A stretch of DNA of 64,000 nucleotides from Harriotta raleighana (taxonomy: Eukaryota), in NCBI GenBank assembly GCA_050575255.1, contig JBNZDD010013730.1:6230543-6294542 (forward strand), given 5' to 3'. Positions within the stretch are counted from its first letter, which is position 1. Each line of letters starts with the position of its first letter. Positions 63,001-64,000 of the stretch are shown piece by piece. A program made the translations under genes and the position numbers. The notes under the pieces are model-generated. The model was given only the letters and a program-made list of their open reading frames with translations. It did not search any database and was not told the origin of the DNA.

Positions 63001-63771
63001 AGTCTGTTATCAGATTAAAGCAGAAAATACCGCTTTCATCAGAGATTCTCCACTGCACAAAACAATTGGAGAGAATGCCTTTCAAGTATCTATCAGACCA
63101 GGTAAAGTCAAGCATTTGTGTATATATGTAACCTCAGGTGAATTTAAAGTTGATGCTCCTGCAAAAGTAAAAATTTATGTAACTCTTAGACTGATAGCAA
63201 GTTGTAGGGAATTCCTGATTCCCTGGATCAGACACTTACTTTATGTTTTGAACTCAACATTAATATTACAGACTTCTGCTATTGTTTGACGAATTATTTA
63301 ATCAGGAGGAAACTGCACTGAGACATGCCCCACAATCAGGAGAGGTCAGAATTGGCCTTCTCTGTGATACTCTTCATATTTTAATAAACTATTACTCCCT
63401 GTCTCATCTCACAAATATTGATCGAGCACCTGGACAAGATTTTTTTGGAGTGTAACCAAATCTGAAAACCAAAGCCCAGCATGGAGCAATGCCTTCAATA
63501 GAAGAGAATAGAAATTTAGAGGAGTTTGGGAAACAAATTCCAAATATGTAATGGATTAAAGTTGTTCGTATCTGGATTATATTTAGTTGCCACAAAACCA
63601 CCGATCAAAAAGTTACAAATAGAAATACAAGCGGGAGAGAAGGCAGGTGCAAAAGTGATCCGCTCGATAAGGAAAGATAACATGAGACAAAGCAATGACT
63701 CTGAAGACACAGAACTTCGGGGTAAAATGTCTCTTTTGAAGAAACTCCGAAATTCAAAAGAACAAATTCAG
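51052..63771 (+). CDS. vtg1: Vitellogenin (ADGRL4-linked, VTG1/vtgC-type locus), exons 1-22, 3'-partial; lipovitellin heavy-chain region
   Basis: 22 GT-AG exons join into 1093 uninterrupted codons: signal peptide MRGIILALSLVIVGS, YEGVILTGLPE, NIYRGILNLLQ, TKSKDLNNCQE, LKAIGNAGHP, SRNIEDLAAAKITP; typical 40/21/152-nt first coding exons. The subtype name rests on synteny only. Confidence 0.95.
51230..51250 (+). CDS. vtg1: Vitellogenin exon 2 (21-nt microexon)
   Basis: long pyrimidine tract, tttcag| GSQQVHY G|gtaagc. Confidence 0.93.
51290..51568 (-). mobile_element. tRNA-derived SINE, antisense in vitellogenin intron 2
   Basis: Reverse strand: gggttcgattccc...ggcaagtttccttactcc...gataataatccctc...atattctgtgaa...aaatgcaagaatc. 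Confidence 0.8.
51633..51784 (+). CDS. vtg1: Vitellogenin exon 3
   Basis: EPNFISRRTYTYKYEGVILTGLPEKDLARGGLKI...HLLK |gtaaac. Confidence 0.95.
52625..52876 (+). CDS. vtg1: Vitellogenin exon 4
   Basis: ccaaag| IISPQIQEYNGIWPKAPF...NIYRGILNLLQISIKKTQNIYDLQE |gtatgt. Confidence 0.94.
52969..53130 (+). CDS. vtg1: Vitellogenin exon 5, includes receptor-binding-type motif IIITKSKDL (53032..53058)
   Basis: ccttag| MGVEGICHAKY...IIITKSKDLNNCQE...CESCQQ |gtaagc. Confidence 0.95.
53435..53560 (+). mobile_element. SINE 3' fragment in vitellogenin intron 5
   Basis: gctgtgtgcaattggctgccacgtttc...cagtcaattcact...gcgctttgagacgtctcgaagacgtgataaggattattatta. Confidence 0.82.
54015..54163 (+). CDS. vtg1: Vitellogenin exon 6
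   Basis: gtttag| KGKNLQSFSTYTYTMK...ETHQFTPFNEHDGGVLLEA AG|gtaaaa. Confidence 0.93.
55090..55240 (+). CDS. vtg1: Vitellogenin exon 7
   Basis: ttacag| QHLIFLD...NRGTLIYQFSNELLQMPVHLFKTSNNDTQ |gtaatt. Confidence 0.94.
56831..57057. repeat. 113-nt tandem duplicate around N at 56944, including the vitellogenin exon 8 acceptor
   Basis: 56831..56943 equals 56945..57057 apart from one substitution. Confidence 0.88.
57048..57205 (+). CDS. vtg1: Vitellogenin exon 8
   Basis: ttacag| IAELLENLVQKNQDKALSDGPSKFLRLIQLLR...RPEY AG|gtgaat. Confidence 0.94.
57298..57463 (+). CDS. vtg1: Vitellogenin exon 9
   Basis: aattag| RWILDTLPSAGTIEALTFVKTKI...HAVDNAT |gtaggc. Confidence 0.94.
58850..58975 (+). CDS. 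vtg1: Vitellogenin exon 10
   Basis: cccaag| VLLSSPYIQRTAFLRRITLLAYGSLVKKYCGTVQVCPEETLQ |gtacgt. Confidence 0.93.
59148..59366 (+). CDS. vtg1: Vitellogenin exon 11
   Basis: ttacag| PLHKLLVEA...LKAIGNAGHPASIKRIQKFLPG...ALRNIADLQPRK |gtaagt. Confidence 0.95.
59591..59808 (+). CDS. vtg1: Vitellogenin exon 12
   Basis: ttacag| VEEITIQLFMNSKNHPEVRMMAFVVFFETKP...VASFTYSFMKAL...HS GT|gtaagt. Confidence 0.95.
59913..60010 (+). CDS. vtg1: Vitellogenin exon 13
   Basis: taacag| ATACNMAIKRLSPKCDQLSYRHSKALHFDTFK G|gtaatc. Confidence 0.94.
60818..60942 (+). CDS. vtg1: Vitellogenin exon 14
   Basis: tcatag| DKLLAGLEADFYLINNGASILPTSAMAKFKVYGLGGAGSFLE |gtaact. Confidence 0.93.
61042..61140 (+). CDS. vtg1: Vitellogenin exon 15
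   Basis: gtaaag| VGIQSEGLQEFIQKQSSPPNRKQSDNSERIMKR |gtacga. Confidence 0.9.
61422..61541 (+). CDS. vtg1: Vitellogenin exon 16
   Basis: tctaag| LSGWKPLPTTKPLAVAYFKLFGQEVAFVELNKNDIQEALK |gtaaaa. Confidence 0.93.
61639..61828 (+). CDS. vtg1: Vitellogenin exon 17
   Basis: gtgcag| LFNNPVKK...KPLLATEVRHIVATGIGLPMDLSLHYS...VN G|gtattg. Confidence 0.94.
61937..62030 (+). CDS. vtg1: Vitellogenin exon 18
   Basis: caacag| AKAQFTPNPSSNVTAAKLLNSTIQLNIQVTP AG|gtatta. Confidence 0.92.
62377..62562 (+). CDS. vtg1: Vitellogenin exon 19
   Basis: ctccag| AVKDIIAIMGINTQFIQTGVQMKVK...ENYLFSA AG|gtaatt. Confidence 0.93.
62651..62798 (+). CDS. vtg1: Vitellogenin exon 20
   Basis: acacag| SQTFAFSRNIEDLAAAKITPILP...DSMQVT |gtaaaa. 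Confidence 0.92.
62882..63101 (+). CDS. vtg1: Vitellogenin exon 21
   Basis: atgcag| GREPPFIAQ...FCVQGSTFGFEVCYQIKAENTAFIRDSPLHKTIGE...IRP G|gtaaag. Confidence 0.92.
63587..63771 (+). CDS. vtg1: Vitellogenin exon 22 (end of lipovitellin heavy chain)
   Basis: atttag| VATKPPIKKLQIEIQAGEKAGAKVIR...LLKKLRNSKEQIQ |gtaaat. Confidence 0.92.
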
Positions 63772-64000
63772 GTAAATATCCATGAATAAATACTGTGGCA
63801 GCAAAGCATCCAACTCCATTCCCCCCTCCCCTTCCTCCCTTGCTTAGTGTCCAACCAAGTTTTTGTGAGGTGCTCCAAGATGTTAGTTATCTTATGTTAA
63901 GGATGCTAGACTGATGCAAGTTGTTTTTGTTAAGAAAACACTAAATACATGAGAAAACGATTAGAAAATTATTAGCACCAAGTTGGATTATATTATTTTT

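Noticed and set aside
62627-63115. 162-aa minus-strand ORF
   Set aside because: Antisense shadow of vitellogenin exons 20-21 with no independent features
52299-63357. AGGTCA half-sites in vitellogenin introns
   Set aside because: No second half-site at 3-nt spacing; frequency compatible with chance

Overview
Eukaryotic (vertebrate) genomic DNA. The SINE/LINE repertoire and gene order suggest a cartilaginous fish, possibly a chimaera such as elephant shark; this is an inference. Two intron-containing genes lie on the + strand. (1) The last 14 coding exons of the adhesion GPCR ADGRL4/ELTD1 (1..25501, 5'-partial, 668 aa in window: EGF repeats, GAIN/GPS, 7TM, short tail), including one Ca-binding EGF exon more than I recall in human. 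(2) The promoter and first 22 exons of a vitellogenin gene (ATG 51052 to 63771, 3'-partial, 1093 aa, open throughout), with a TATA box, an E-box and two imperfect EREs. The ~25 kb between them holds no convincing gene but contains tRNA-derived Deu-type SINEs, L2 and CR1 LINE fragments, an LF-SINE-like relic and a good CTCF motif. The most novel candidate is an exon-like unit at 29265..29355 that would encode an alternative ADGRL4 C-terminus resembling the real one. Five duplications flank single-N gaps and are probably assembly artefacts. No prokaryote-type systems (CRISPR, operons) are present. Family names for repeats and comparisons with other species come from recalled consensus sequences, not database searches.
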